Positions 37,850-50,611 of a DNA stretch of 64,000 bases are shown piece after piece. Numbering within the stretch: position 1 is the first letter of the stretch; the number at the start of each line of letters is the position of its first letter. The translations under genes were made by a program, and so were the position numbers. Where the stretch lies: the NCBI GenBank assembly GCA_047150005.1, contig AP038806.1, positions 2,560,001-2,624,000 of the forward strand, written 5' to 3'. This DNA is from Nitrospira sp. Its GTDB lineage: Bacteria > Nitrospirota > Nitrospiria > Nitrospirales > Nitrospiraceae. The notes under the pieces were generated by a model, which did no database searches, was not told the origin of the DNA, and saw only the letters and a list, made by a program, of their open reading frames with translations.

Positions 37850-38515
37850 CTAATAGTCATTTACTTGGAATGTATTGATCTGCTGGACCGTCAGCACAGT
37901 TGGTAGCTGGACCTCAACCCCTCCTCCAGCCTGCCCAAACGCGGGGGCGACGGTTCCGACGTGCACTAGAGTACCTTTTGGGAGTTCGTACTCCGCCACG
38001 TAGGAAGCGGGCACAGGAAGCGGCAACGCAAACCGACCTACAGTTGCGAACCCGCTATTGGCATAGGTCCTGTCCAGCTTGGTTGTCAGATACGTGCCGG
38101 CCGACAGTTGGCCTCCAATGAATCGGTGGTCCATTTTGGAGCTCAAGCACCTGTAGAAAACCGTGTCTGCAGTAAGGGTAGTGGAACCTATTAGTGGCAT
38201 TGCGCCAGCGCTTCCAATGTAGGCTGGTGAGATGTTTGCGGCCCGCAGCGCTAACAGGGCGGAACTTCTATCAGCATACACGGCGAGAATCGACCTGTCG
38301 GCGAAGCCTTGTGTGGTGGGCCATGGCGTCCCAGCAATGAAGTCGTTCACATCATAGAAGATCGGATCGTCATAGCATGGCAGCGCCGTTCCGTCATCTA
38401 AGGACGCAATGAAGCCCGAGCCCGTATCGATGATGTGGAAGTTCATTCCCGTTTCGGGATGAATCGTACCCAGCTGAAGCTGTTCAATTGTCAGGATCAG
38501 TAGCATCTTCGCCAT
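37850..38515 (-). CDS. Cassette protein with a C-terminal TNT/ART-like toxin domain
   Basis: FYR...RFALP...GTVAPAFGQAGGGVEV resembles the TNT G.iAPwFGQPGGG.Q motif. Confidence 0.55.
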   Translation of the reverse strand: MAKMLLILTIEQLQLGTIHPETGMNFHIIDTGSGFIASLDDGTALPCYDDPIFYDVNDFIAGTPWPTTQGFADRSILAVYADRSSALLALRAANISPAYIGSAGAMPLIGSTTLTADTVFYRCLSSKMDHRFIGGQLSAGTYLTTKLDRTYANSGFATVGRFALPLPVPASYVAEYELPKGTLVHVGTVAPAFGQAGGGVEVQLPTVLTVQQINTFQVNDY

Positions 38516-38528
38516 GGAATGTCCTTAC

Positions 38529-38591
38529 GGCTAACGTTGAACTCAGGCTGCAGCCCGTCAGGGTCGTCGCGCTTGCAGCGAATGGTTAGCC
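38529..38591 (-). mobile_element. attC site (63 bp, canonical)
   Basis: Minus strand GGCTAAC-CATTCGCTGCAAGC...GCCTGAGTTCAAC-GTTAGCC. Confidence 0.9.
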
Positions 38592-38616
38592 GCTGCCGCT
38601 GATTAACTTCTGCGCT

Positions 38617-39197
38617 CTACTCGTGAGAAGCAGGTGCATGGCTCGACGCGTAAAGCACAACAGCCTGCTTTGAATTTACACAGGAAACAGACCGCCACCC
38701 TAACCCAGAGAAATCATTCAGCTCAATCTCCGGCGGCTTGATGAGCGATGCTCGCGTCCTGATTACATATATGACAAGGTCTAGAGCCGACTTACGGGAA
38801 AGGTACTTCTTCTCATTGGAAAGGCCTACGATCATGTCGAGAACTAGCTCGTAGATTTTGCCAATTGGTGGAATATAGTTGGCCACCGAAGGTAGGGCGA
38901 TTTGTTCAAGCATCTCCGCGGCCTTAGTTGAATTGTAGGTGTCCCTTATTATCCGGGTGCGCTGCAACCAGGGGCCGTCAGTTCCTTTACCTGAAACCTT
39001 GCCTCTCGGAACTCGGCGTCGGTCTTGCTCTCTTGTTCGAGCGACTGGAGTTCTGACTCCGGGGATGGAACATCAACCACCCTGAGAAATTCGGACACCA
39101 TCCAACGCTCTCGCTCTGACTTCACCGGATTGGAGAGGAAGTCCAAGTCTGCCTTCGCGGACTCCAGCAGATGCTTGAGGATTTCACGATCATCCAA
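38617..39197 (-). pseudogene. Frameshifted DUF1780-like putative endonuclease cassette
   Basis: FLSNPVKSERERW...DAEFREARFQVKE; the reading continues in another frame near 38967. Confidence 0.6.
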
Positions 39198-39220
39198 TTT
39201 CGTTCACTCCTAGGCACAGC

Positions 39221-39389
39221 GGCTAACTATGTTTAGGCCGATCCGCATAAGAGCCGGATCTGCCAGTTCCGATCCGTATAACACGCCAGGACGGTTCGTG
39301 AACCATACGCCATACCTGCTCTCGTTTCAATGAGTTGCGACTGTTGGCCCATTTTATCACGGGGTCTTATGCGGATCGGCATAACACGC
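39221..39389 (-). mobile_element. attI-like site with flanking repeats
   Basis: Core GTTAGCC (39227-39221); its continuation GCTG is complementary to the first cassette's R'' context; 16-bp IR and GATCCGYATAA repeats. Confidence 0.7.
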
Positions 39390-39403
39390 TTCCTTCAATG
39401 GAT

Positions 39404-40642
39404 TCACATCCCGTCCAGCGGACTGCGGACACCGGACGGCCCTCGATGGAGGACATGAGTATAGATCATTGTCGTTTTGACATCGCGATGCCCTAACAAC
39501 TCCTGGATGGTTCGAATATCCGAGCCGCTTTCCAGCAGGTGTGTGGCAAAGGAGTGCCGGAAGGTGTGGCAGGTGGCCCGCTTCGTCAGTCCGGCCTTCA
39601 CTACAGCCTCTCTGACAGCTTTCTGCACCAGGGATTCGTCAATGTGATGACGTCCTTGTTCCTTGGTCTTGCCATTGATCCATCGGTGCTCCTGGGGAAA
39701 GACCCATTGCCAGCGCCAGTCCTTCGGCGCGTTGGGGTACTTGCGGTCAAGTGCGTGTGGTAGCTGGACGCGCCCCCACCCATCCGCCACATCCTGTTGG
39801 TGTACGGCCTTGACCTTCGTGAGGTGGCCCTGGAGTGGGGTCTTGACCGATTCGGGCAACATCGTGATCCGGTCTTTGGCGCCTTTGCCGTCGCGAATCA
39901 GAATCTCATTCCGAGAGAAATCGATATCTTGAATCCGGAGACGCAGACACTCCATCAGACGAAGACCCGCGCCATACATGATCGCGGCTATCAGCCACTT
40001 TTCGCCGGCCAGGTTTGTCAGCACCGCTTTCACTTCCCCACAGGTCATGACCACAGGCAGACGTTCAGGTTTTCTGGCACGGATGACTTCGCCGAGGTCT
40101 CCGAGGCCGCGCCCGATCACGTGTCGGTAGAGGAAGAGCACCGCCGCCAATGCTTGGTTTTGCGTCGAAGCACTGACCTTCTCTTGCAGGGCCAGATGAG
40201 ACAGAAACTGATTGATGTCCGGTTCGGCCATCTCGGCCGGATCGCGCCCTTGATGAAAGTGCAGAAACCTTGCGACCCAATGACTATACGCCTGTTCGGT
40301 TCTCCTGGAGTAATGACGAGCCTGCGCGGCTGCACACAGATCCGCAAGCACCGAACCGAGTACTGCTGAAGATGGCTTTCCCTGGTCGACGGCTTGCTTC
40401 GTCCCAAGCGTCGGATCGACTTGGACGCTCTCCCCAGGGAAAAGATTCAGCAGGTTGCCCAGCGTCCCATCTCCTTGGGGAACCGTCCAATGCCGTTCTT
40501 TGGCATGCCAGCGTCGGCCGGCGACGGTCTTGATCTTGGCGAGACGCTCAGTGGAATACGGCACTCGTACGATGAGCCGTCCCGCACCGGCTGGCTTGAT
40601 CTGAATTGCGTCATTGAGCCCTCTCTGTGCTCGACGATCCAT
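39404..40642 (-). CDS. intI: Integron integrase with N-terminal extension
   Basis: [19 protein letters not shown], IntI-specific insertion [16 protein letters not shown]...[27 protein letters not shown]. Confidence 0.96.
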   Translation of the reverse strand: MDRRAQRGLNDAIQIKPAGAGRLIVRVPYSTERLAKIKTVAGRRWHAKERHWTVPQGDGTLGNLLNLFPGESVQVDPTLGTKQAVDQGKPSSAVLGSVLADLCAAAQARHYSRRTEQAYSHWVARFLHFHQGRDPAEMAEPDINQFLSHLALQEKVSASTQNQALAAVLFLYRHVIGRGLGDLGEVIRARKPERLPVVMTCGEVKAVLTNLAGEKWLIAAIMYGAGLRLMECLRLRIQDIDFSRNEILIRDGKGAKDRITMLPESVKTPLQGHLTKVKAVHQQDVADGWGRVQLPHALDRKYPNAPKDWRWQWVFPQEHRWINGKTKEQGRHHIDESLVQKAVREAVVKAGLTKRATCHTFRHSFATHLLESGSDIRTIQELLGHRDVKTTMIYTHVLHRGPSGVRSPLDGM

Positions 40643-40863
40643 CGGAACCTCTTTGCGGCCGCGATGCGTGCGCTTCGTGCATCCATCAGTTGGCTCGAGC
40701 GTGGTGACAGTCTCTAACCCTAACGGAGCAAAAGCGATGCCGCTGCAAAGATGGGTCCTGCGTGATTCCTCCCACGCGAACCCGATGCGCCTGTATCGGA
40801 AGGGATGAAGAGGTGTATCTCAGGGGGACAGGGGGAAACGTGCTGCGATAAGTGAGTCCGGAC

Positions 40864-41958
40864 TTAGCTCCTGGTGTAGAACGGCAGGGGGTGGACCGTC
40901 GCGTCGTGGCGCGCGCCGTCGAATTGGACAGACAATTTCGTGTCGGCCGCACTGAAATCGCGCAAAGGAAATCCGAAGGCGATCGAGGCTTTGAGTTGCG
41001 GCGAGAACGTTGCGCTGCTGACCCACCCGACTTCCCGATCGCCGCTGAAAAGCTTGGCTCCCTTCGGCGGGACCACAGAACCCTTGACGACCAGGCCGAC
41101 CAGATGGCGACGGACGTTGCCGTAGGTGTCCATGCGGGCGACGACTTCCTGGCCCGGGTAGCAGCCCTTGGTGAGGCTGAAGGCTTTGCCTTCGAGGTTC
41201 GCTTCGGGCGGGACGATTTCTTCGTTCAAGTCCGGTCCGGCTTTCGGAATGCCGGCTTCGATGCGGAGCGCTTCACGGGCCTGGCTGCCCATCGCTTTTA
41301 TTCCATAAATCTTGCCGGCTTCCATCAACCGCTCCCAGGCCGTAATCAGTCCATCCACCGGCAAGAGAATCTCATAGTCTTCTTCACCCGTTTCCTCCGT
41401 CCGTACGATCACCGCGGACTGTCCGCCGATGATCGAGGAGACAAAGTTCACGGGCTTCAGATCCGTCACGTCCGTGCCGAAGGCGGACGCCACCGTCGCC
41501 GCGGCTTTCGGGCCGCTCACGAGCAACAGCCCCCAACTGTCCGCGCAGTTCTCCATCTTGGCCTTGGTGCCGTAGAGAAGAAATTTCCGCAACGCGCCGT
41601 AGGTCGTCTCACCGATCTCGCCGACATCCTCCAGCATGACCGCGTCGGCCAGCATATACGCCCGGAAATAGGTGAGCATTTTGCCTTTGTGCGTCAGGAA
41701 GCTCGAATACCTTCCTTGGCCGGGTTGAAGGGAAAGGAGGTCGTTGCTGATGACGCTCTGCAGCCACGTGATCCGGTCGTCGCCCGTGACCCGAACCTTG
41801 CCCCGGTGAGAGAGGTCGGCGAGGCCCAGGGATTCCCGTACCGCCCGATGTTCCACAATGGGGTCACCGTAATGAGCGGGTACGTTCCAACCGGTGACGT
41901 CTTCAAACGTCGCGCCGAGGGCTGTATGGTGATCATGCAAGCGGGATTGTTTCGGCAT
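40864..41958 (-). CDS. YgfZ/GcvT-like folate-binding protein
   Basis: KGCYPGQEVVAR; DLSHRG. Confidence 0.9.
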   Translation of the reverse strand: MPKQSRLHDHHTALGATFEDVTGWNVPAHYGDPIVEHRAVRESLGLADLSHRGKVRVTGDDRITWLQSVISNDLLSLQPGQGRYSSFLTHKGKMLTYFRAYMLADAVMLEDVGEIGETTYGALRKFLLYGTKAKMENCADSWGLLLVSGPKAAATVASAFGTDVTDLKPVNFVSSIIGGQSAVIVRTEETGEEDYEILLPVDGLITAWERLMEAGKIYGIKAMGSQAREALRIEAGIPKAGPDLNEEIVPPEANLEGKAFSLTKGCYPGQEVVARMDTYGNVRRHLVGLVVKGSVVPPKGAKLFSGDREVGWVSSATFSPQLKASIAFGFPLRDFSAADTKLSVQFDGARHDATVHPLPFYTRS

Positions 41959-41968
41959 AGCAGTGTTT

Positions 41969-42017
41969 AATGTTGAATGATCAATGTTGAATTGAGCTCA
42001 ACTCATCATTCAGCATG
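41969..42017. repeat. Short heptamer-type tandem/inverted repeat
   Basis: AATGTTG AATGATC AATGTTG AATTGAG followed by complementary-like CTCAACT CATCATT CAGCAT. Confidence 0.45.
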
Positions 42018-42401
42018 CAACATTATCTCCTCCACAAGATCTTTGGTTCGTGCCGAGAACTCGTTTCGCGAGACGATCTTCGTCACCCCCATCGACTTGG
42101 CGCGGTTCCACGTATCGACTTCTTCATGATTCGCAAACGCCAGAATGGGGACCGCCTTCGTCCGAGCATCGGCCTTCAACGTTTCCAAGGCGTGGAATGC
42201 GTTCAGGACATCGTCGTTCATGTTCAGAATGACGGCGACCGGCGAGCCGGTCGATGAGATTCCCGCGATATCCTCCTGCGAGCGGGCTCGTTCGAGCCGA
42301 AAGCCTTTGGGTCGCAGGGCATCGCGGACCTTCGTATAAAAGAAGATGTCGGTCACCGCGACCAGAATGGTTGGCTCGGTTGCGTGATCGGTTTGAGTCA
42401 T
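42006..42401 (-). CDS. Receiver-like hypothetical protein
   Basis: CheY-like pattern (ILVAVTD...VILNM...LKADARTKAVPIL) without a canonical phospho-Asp. Confidence 0.7.
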   Translation of the reverse strand: MTQTDHATEPTILVAVTDIFFYTKVRDALRPKGFRLERARSQEDIAGISSTGSPVAVILNMNDDVLNAFHALETLKADARTKAVPILAFANHEEVDTWNRAKSMGVTKIVSRNEFSARTKDLVEEIMLHAE

Positions 42402-42446
42402 CTGGAAAAGCTCATTGTCGAATCGTGAGTGCGAAGTCCGGCAGCT

Positions 42447-42962
42447 TCAATTCAATGAACTGATCAGTCGGCCGAGCGACTTCTTGGCCAGGACGTAGTC
42501 CGGATTGAGGAGCAGGGCCTGCTTGTAGGATTCGATCGCGTCGGTCCACTGGCCTTTCTTCTCATAGACTCTCCCAAGGTTCAAATGAGGAAAAGCCGGG
42601 CTCTCATAGCGTTTCGCCTGCATCGCCTTCTGAAACCAGGGGATCGCCTCGTCGAACTGGCCCTTCTCGATCAAGTAGGCGCCGATGTCGTTGTAGGGGT
42701 TGCCGAAGTCCGGATCCCGCCCGATGGCCATATGGCACTCGTCGATGGCGTCGTCGAGCCGGCCCATGAAGCTGTAGGTCCAACCCAGGAACGTGTGCGC
42801 CTCCGCCGTGGGGTGTGCGGACAAGGATTGTCGATAGAGCGACACGGCCTCTTCCAATTCGCCTTTCATCTGCCGCTCGTACGCCTGCTGGAAGAGACCC
42901 CAGGCTTCCCGTTTATCCTCTTCCCGGCCGTCGCCTTGTATCAAAAAATCCTGGACATCCAT
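42447..42962 (-). CDS. TPR protein
   Basis: Repeated TPR consensus (PYNDIGAYL, PHLNLGRVY). Confidence 0.9.
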   Translation of the reverse strand: MDVQDFLIQGDGREEDKREAWGLFQQAYERQMKGELEEAVSLYRQSLSAHPTAEAHTFLGWTYSFMGRLDDAIDECHMAIGRDPDFGNPYNDIGAYLIEKGQFDEAIPWFQKAMQAKRYESPAFPHLNLGRVYEKKGQWTDAIESYKQALLLNPDYVLAKKSLGRLISSLN

Positions 42963-43021
42963 GGGGATTTCAAAGAGCTAATGGCGTGTGGCCAATGGCT
43001 TGTGACACAAGCTCTTCTCTC

Positions 43022-43822
43022 TTACTCCTGCTTCAGTTTCTTCTTGATCAACTCCGCTCCGTAACGACCGGATAGTAACATAGATCCGAAGGCCGGACCC
43101 ATGCGGGGAGTGCCATGGACGGCCGATACGGCCAAGCCCACCACGAAACAATTGGGATAGACTTCGCCGGTATGGTCCATGACGTCTTCTTCCGAACGGG
43201 CGACCCACATGGCGCCGTTGCCGGGCACCTCCGTGTAGAGGCTTCGTTTATGCAACAAACTGACGACGACCGCGTCGTGACCGGTGGCATCGACGACGAC
43301 CTTGCTTTCCAAGGCGATCGGATCGACGTGGATGAGATCATGGCCGGCCATTTCGGCGGTCGTATTGTTGACGACCACTCCCTCCAAGGCCCCGTCACGG
43401 CGGAGCACGAGATCGACGACCCGGGTGAGATTCAGGATTCTCGCGCCGCCCCGATAGGCCGCGGTGATCAGCGCGCCCGTGGCATGCGGCGGATCCACGA
43501 TGTACATGCCCTCGCAGTCCTTGATCTTCTTGCAGGGAACACCGATTTCATCAAGGATCTTATGAGCCGGGGCGCAGATCGTGGCCTTATTCATCAGGTA
43601 TCCGCCGTGCCAGAACCCGCCGCCGAGCGCGAGGTTCTGCTCGACGAGGACCGTCTTGAATCCCATGTCGGCCAGGTCATGCGCGCAGATCAACCCGGAA
43701 GGTCCGGCGCCGACGATGATGACGTCGCTCTCGATGAGCTGATCGAATTCCTTGTAATACTCCCGGGCGATCTGTCTGGTGATGTCTCGTTCCCGGAGTG
43801 GGGCTGGTTTAGGCTTGGGCAT
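43022..43822 (-). CDS. thi4: Thi4-type thiazole synthase (non-Cys, His type)
   Basis: GAGPSGL, LGGGFWHGG, HVDP, DATGHDA, PRMGPAFGSMLLSG. Confidence 0.93.
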   Translation of the reverse strand: MPKPKPAPLRERDITRQIAREYYKEFDQLIESDVIIVGAGPSGLICAHDLADMGFKTVLVEQNLALGGGFWHGGYLMNKATICAPAHKILDEIGVPCKKIKDCEGMYIVDPPHATGALITAAYRGGARILNLTRVVDLVLRRDGALEGVVVNNTTAEMAGHDLIHVDPIALESKVVVDATGHDAVVVSLLHKRSLYTEVPGNGAMWVARSEEDVMDHTGEVYPNCFVVGLAVSAVHGTPRMGPAFGSMLLSGRYGAELIKKKLKQE

Positions 43823-43833
43823 CTGAACACTCC

Positions 43834-45777
<1,944 letters not shown>

Positions 45778-45779
45778 CT

Positions 45780-45812
45780 AAAAAGCCGCACCCGGTGGCT
45801 AGGGGGCGGCTT
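45780..45812 (-). terminator. Riboswitch-linked intrinsic terminator
   Basis: Minus strand AAGCCGCCCCC...GGGTGCGGC-TTTTT. Confidence 0.7.
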
Positions 45813-45835
45813 ATACCTCAGCGTCTTCTGCTGTT

Positions 45836-45930
45836 CCGCTTCCCTACGCTGGTATTACCCAGGTCAGGTTGTGAGGGTCGTCCGTCCAGGATTTTCCGGC
45901 GGACTCTCAGCCTTCTGGCACCCCTAGCTT
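45836..45930 (-). ncRNA. TPP riboswitch
   Basis: Minus strand GGGGTGCC...GGCTGAGA...ACCC...ACCTGACCTGGGTAATACCAGCGTAGGGAA, upstream of thiC. Confidence 0.95.
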
Positions 45931-46095
45931 GTAATTCGAAATCGTAGTCTGTGCCGAGAGCGAAGTCAACGTGCTATTAGACCCATAGGACTAGGTCCAT
46001 CTATCCTCCGGCGGGCTGGTTTACGGCCTGCCGGAAGCCAGGCTGGGCGGTGTCGCGGGTGGTTTCATTGATTGTGAGAGAACGCGTGTCGTACA

Positions 46096-47232
46096 ATGAT
46101 AGTTCTCCCTATGGTTGGTGAGCACGAGTCGGACATGCTGGCCACTTTACCCAAGCCGATTACCGATTATCAGGGCCTCGAGGGCGAGGAACTGTTCCGG
46201 CGGACCGCGCAGGCGAAACGCGCGCTGGGCGATCGGGTCATGATCCTCGGCCATAACTATCAGCGCGACGAAGTGATCGAACACGCCGATTTTCGCGGCG
46301 ATTCGCTCCTGCTGTCCAAGCTTGCGGCCGAACGGTCCGAACGACCCTACGTCGTCTTTTGCGGCGTGCACTTCATGGCCGAGACGGCGGACATCTTGAG
46401 CCGTTCGAATCAAACGGTCATTCTGCCGGACATGGCGGCCGGCTGTTCCATGGCCGACATGGCGGCGATCGAGCAGGTCGATCAGTGTTGGGAAACCTTA
46501 GGGCGCATGCTTCCGGTCGAGGAGGCCGTCACGCCCGCCGTGTACGTCAATTCCGCGGCGGTCTTGAAGGCCTTCTGCGGCGAACACGGCGGCATTACCT
46601 GTACGTCGTCCAATGCCCGGGCCGTGATCGAATGGTGCTGGGCCAGACGCGAAAAGATCCTGTTTTTCCCTGATGAGCACTTGGGCCGGAACACGGCCAA
46701 CAAGATGGGCCTGCCGCGCGAGCAGATGATCGTGTGGGACCCCTATCTGCCGAACGGCGGCAATAGCCGCGAGGCCATCAAGCGGGCGAGGCTGATTCTG
46801 TGGAAAGGTCATTGCAGCGTCCACCAGATGTTTCAGCCGGTGCATGTCGACAACTTTAGGAAGCAGTATCCGGACGGCAAGGTGATCGTTCATCCGGAGT
46901 GCCATGAGGACGTGGTCAACAAGGCGGATCTCTCCGGGTCCACGGAATTCATCATCAAGACCGTTTCCGCGTCTCCCGCCGGATCGATATGGGCGGTCGG
47001 CACGGAACTCAATCTCGTCAACCGCTTGAAGCGCGATATGACCGACAAGAAGGTGTTTTTTCTGTCGTCCACCGTCTGTCAATGCGCGACGATGTTCAGG
47101 ATCGACGGCGCGCATCTCTGTTGGGCCATGGAGAATCTTGCCGAGGGACACGTCGTGAACCATATCGTAGTTCCTGAAGACGACAAGCGGTGGGCACGAA
47201 TTGCCCTCGATCGCATGATGGCCATTAGCTAA
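46096..47232 (+). CDS. nadA: Quinolinate synthase (start uncertain)
   Basis: GHNYQ, FCGVHFMAE, GCSMA, VHPEC. Confidence 0.96.
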   Translation: MIVLPMVGEHESDMLATLPKPITDYQGLEGEELFRRTAQAKRALGDRVMILGHNYQRDEVIEHADFRGDSLLLSKLAAERSERPYVVFCGVHFMAETADILSRSNQTVILPDMAAGCSMADMAAIEQVDQCWETLGRMLPVEEAVTPAVYVNSAAVLKAFCGEHGGITCTSSNARAVIEWCWARREKILFFPDEHLGRNTANKMGLPREQMIVWDPYLPNGGNSREAIKRARLILWKGHCSVHQMFQPVHVDNFRKQYPDGKVIVHPECHEDVVNKADLSGSTEFIIKTVSASPAGSIWAVGTELNLVNRLKRDMTDKKVFFLSSTVCQCATMFRIDGAHLCWAMENLAEGHVVNHIVVPEDDKRWARIALDRMMAIS

Positions 47233-47268
47233 CCCCGCAAGCAGTTAAATCTCCACGCCCAGATTTCC

Positions 47269-50076
47269 ATGGACTATAAAGCAACGCTTAATTTACCCAA
47301 GACCGACTTTCCCATGAAGGCGAACCTGCCGCAGCGGGAGCCCGAACTGCTGGCGTGGTGGGAACAAGAGCGGTTGTACGAGGAAATCCAGCAAGCGGGA
47401 CAGGGGCGGCCCCGCTATGTGCTGCATGACGGCCCTCCCTATGCCAACGGCCGTATCCACATCGGCCACGCTCTGAACAAGATCCTCAAGGACATCATCG
47501 TCAAGTCGAAAACCATGGCGGGATTTCACGTGCCGTATGTCCCGGGCTGGGATTGCCATGGTCTGCCGATCGAGCATCAGGTGCTCAAGGATCTTGGTGA
47601 AAAGAAAAAAACACTCGATGCGGTGGCGATTCGCCGGCTCTGCCGGGACTATGCCGAGAAGTTCCGCGACATCCAGCGGGAAGAGTTTCAACGCCTGGGC
47701 ACGTTCGGCGATTGGCAACACCCGTATCTCACCATGCATCCGGCCTATGAAGCGACCATCGTGCGGGAATTCGGGAAGTTCGTGGAGCGCGGGGGGGTCT
47801 ATAAAGGACTGAAGCCGGTCCTCTGGTGTACGCAGGATCAAACCGCGCTCGCCGAAGCGGAAGTGGAATACGACGATCACACCTCGCCGTCGATCTATGT
47901 CAAGTTTCCCATCGTCAATCCTCCCCGGTCGTTTCCAGGACGACCCGACGGCGTTCCGGCTGATCGGACATCGTACGCCATCGTGATATGGACGACCACG
48001 CCCTGGACTCTTCCGGCAAATCAGGCGGTCTGTGTCCATCCCGATATCGACTATGCGTTCGTGCAGGTCGGCGAAGAGATCTTGGTCATCGCCGACAAAC
48101 TGGTGGAGCGCGTGGCCAAGGCCTGCGAGTTGAAAGAGGCCCGCGTGCTCGGCGTGAAGAAGGGGAATGACGGCTTCGAGGGACTGGAGACCCAGCGTCC
48201 CATGAGTACGGGACTGTCGCCCGTCCTCTTGGGCGATTTCGTCACGCTCGATCAGGGCACCGGGTGCGTGCACATCGCGCCGGGACACGGTATGGAAGAC
48301 TACGTCCTGGCCCAGGAGCACAACGCCAAGGCGTCTCCGGGCGAGCGGCTCGAGATCCTGGCCCCGGTCGACGACACCGGACGGTTCACCGAGGCGGTGG
48401 AGGATTTTGCCGGGCAGCATGTCTTCAAAGCCAACTCCGGCATCGTGGAGCGCCTCAAGTCGACCGGAAAGCTATTAGGACACGGGTCCCTGAACCATTC
48501 CTATCCTCACTGTTGGCGATGCAAGAGCCCGGTCATCTTCCGTGCGACGGAACAGTGGTTCGTGTCCATGGAGACGAACCACCTGCGTCAGGAGACCCTG
48601 GCCGAAATCAATCGCGTGCAATGGGTTCCGCCCTGGGGCAAGGATCGGATCACCGGCATGATCACTAATCGGCCCGACTGGTGTTTGTCGCGCCAGCGAG
48701 TCTGGGGCGTGCCGATCCCGGGGTTTACCTGCGCCGGTTGCCGCAGGGTGATGGCCGAACCGGTTCTCATCGAGCACCTTGCCGTGCTGATCGAATCGGG
48801 AGGGTCCGATATTTGGTTTGAACGGCCGGCGTCGGAGTTGCTGCCTCCCGGCACCACGTGCGGGCAGTGTGGCGGGACTACATTTGAAAAGGAACATGAC
48901 ATTCTCGACGTGTGGTTCGAATCGGGCGTGAGCTATGCCGCCGTGCTCAAACCGCGCAAGTGGTGGCCGGCGGACTTGTATCTCGAAGGCTCGGATCAGC
49001 ATCGAGGCTGGTTTCATAGTTCCTTGCTCGCCGGCGTCATCACCGATCAGCGCGCGCCTTACAAGGCTGTTCTTACCCACGGGTTCGTCGTCGACGATCA
49101 GGGCAAGAAGATGTCGAAGTCCGCGTGGAACGGCGTGGCGCCTCACGAGATCATCAAGCAGTACGGCGCCGAGATCCTACGTTTGTGGGTATCCGCGCAG
49201 AATTATCAGGACGACGTGCGCATTTCCCCGGCCATCCTGACCCAGTTGGTGGAAGCCTATCGAAAGATCCGAAATACCTGCCGGTTCCTCCTGAGCAATC
49301 TCTACGATTTCGATCCCTTGAAGGACCGAGTGCCATATGAACGGTTGCCCGAGCTTGACCGATGGGCCCTCTTACGGCTCGAAGAACTGAAGGGCAAAGT
49401 CCGGAAGGCCTATGACGAGTTCGAATTCCACGCCATTTATCACGCATTGAACAATTTCTGCTCGGTGGATTTGAGCGCCGTCTATCTGGATATTCTGAAG
49501 GACCGGCTCTACACGTTCCGCAAGGACTCGCCCTTGCGGCGAGGCTCTCAGACCGTGCTCTATGAGATCATCCTGACGATGACCAAGCTGATGGCGCCGG
49601 TGCTCAGCTTCACGGCCGAAGAAATTTGGCGAACCTTGTCCGCGCAGTTCGACGGGACGCTCGAGGCCAAGAGCGTGCATGTAAGCCGGTTCCCGGATCC
49701 CCGGCCTGAGTGGAATGACAAGAATCTTGCCCAGCGGTGGGAGCGGCTGCTGAAGTACCGTGTAGAGGTTCAGGGGCTACTGGAAGGTATGCGTCAGGGG
49801 AAAGAAATCGGTTCGTCACTCGAAGCCCGAATCGAGCTGCTTGCAAAGCCACAGGTGTACGAATTTCTCAAGCCCTACGAAGCAGATTTGCCGGCCCTCT
49901 TCATCGTCTCTCAAGTCGGACTGATTGGTGATCCCACTGTTGCCTCCGATCTAGCGATCCTCAAATCACGGGCAAGGGGAAAGAAGTGTGAGCGATGCTG
50001 GAACTATCGTGACGCGGTAGGCACCTTCACCGATCACCCGACCCTGTGCGACCGCTGCGTGGAGGCGGTGCGGTGA
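47269..50076 (+). CDS. ileS: Isoleucine--tRNA ligase
   Basis: [19 protein letters not shown]-terminal Zn finger. Confidence 0.98.
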   Translation: MDYKATLNLPKTDFPMKANLPQREPELLAWWEQERLYEEIQQAGQGRPRYVLHDGPPYANGRIHIGHALNKILKDIIVKSKTMAGFHVPYVPGWDCHGLPIEHQVLKDLGEKKKTLDAVAIRRLCRDYAEKFRDIQREEFQRLGTFGDWQHPYLTMHPAYEATIVREFGKFVERGGVYKGLKPVLWCTQDQTALAEAEVEYDDHTSPSIYVKFPIVNPPRSFPGRPDGVPADRTSYAIVIWTTTPWTLPANQAVCVHPDIDYAFVQVGEEILVIADKLVERVAKACELKEARVLGVKKGNDGFEGLETQRPMSTGLSPVLLGDFVTLDQGTGCVHIAPGHGMEDYVLAQEHNAKASPGERLEILAPVDDTGRFTEAVEDFAGQHVFKANSGIVERLKSTGKLLGHGSLNHSYPHCWRCKSPVIFRATEQWFVSMETNHLRQETLAEINRVQWVPPWGKDRITGMITNRPDWCLSRQRVWGVPIPGFTCAGCRRVMAEPVLIEHLAVLIESGGSDIWFERPASELLPPGTTCGQCGGTTFEKEHDILDVWFESGVSYAAVLKPRKWWPADLYLEGSDQHRGWFHSSLLAGVITDQRAPYKAVLTHGFVVDDQGKKMSKSAWNGVAPHEIIKQYGAEILRLWVSAQNYQDDVRISPAILTQLVEAYRKIRNTCRFLLSNLYDFDPLKDRVPYERLPELDRWALLRLEELKGKVRKAYDEFEFHAIYHALNNFCSVDLSAVYLDILKDRLYTFRKDSPLRRGSQTVLYEIILTMTKLMAPVLSFTAEEIWRTLSAQFDGTLEAKSVHVSRFPDPRPEWNDKNLAQRWERLLKYRVEVQGLLEGMRQGKEIGSSLEARIELLAKPQVYEFLKPYEADLPALFIVSQVGLIGDPTVASDLAILKSRARGKKCERCWNYRDAVGTFTDHPTLCDRCVEAVR

Positions 50077-50606
50077 GCCCGACCGCGCTCCGTTACGGAG
50101 GATTGGCTCTGCTCGGGATCCTGATCGTGCTGGTCGATCAGGTGACAAAACAGTGGGTCATGCAGTCCATGCGGTTGCATGAATCCATTGTGGTTGTTCC
50201 CAATCTGTTCAGCATCACCTACATCCGGAATCCGGGGGCTGCGTTCGGGTTGCTGGCCGGCAGCAGCAACGCCTTTCGCATGGTCTTCTTCGGCGTGACG
50301 TCTCTGTTTGCGCTGGGGCTGCTGGGGACGATTTTGGCCCGGTTGCCCGAGAAGGATTGGATCGGGCAGGTGAGCATCGCCGCGATTCTCGGAGGAGCGA
50401 TCGGAAATTTGATCGATCGGCTACGGTTCGGCGAGGTGATCGACTTTCTGGACGTCTACGTCGACATGTACCATTGGCCGGCGTTCAACGTGGCCGACTC
50501 CGCCATCAGCGTGGGGGTCGTGTGCCTGATCATTCATTTTGCGTTTGAGCGAAAAGAGACGCCGCTGCCCGAGCCGGATTCCCCTCCGACCTCCCTCTCC
50601 TCCTAA
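50073..50606 (+). CDS. lspA: Signal peptidase II
   Basis: DQVTK, NPGAAFG, GNLIDR, VIDF, FNVADS; GTGA overlap with ileS. Confidence 0.96.
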   Translation: MSPTALRYGGLALLGILIVLVDQVTKQWVMQSMRLHESIVVVPNLFSITYIRNPGAAFGLLAGSSNAFRMVFFGVTSLFALGLLGTILARLPEKDWIGQVSIAAILGGAIGNLIDRLRFGEVIDFLDVYVDMYHWPAFNVADSAISVGVVCLIIHFAFERKETPLPEPDSPPTSLSS

Positions 50607-50611
50607 CGAGC

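Noticed and set aside
29234..39227. CRISPR array or group II intron explanation for the repeated palindromes
   Set aside because: The repeats are dissimilar, gene-spaced and have RYYYAAC/GTTRRRY ends typical of attC; no cas or reverse transcriptase gene is present.
40643..40860. LexA box upstream of intI
   Set aside because: No CTGT-N8-ACAG match seen, and the host LexA motif is unknown.
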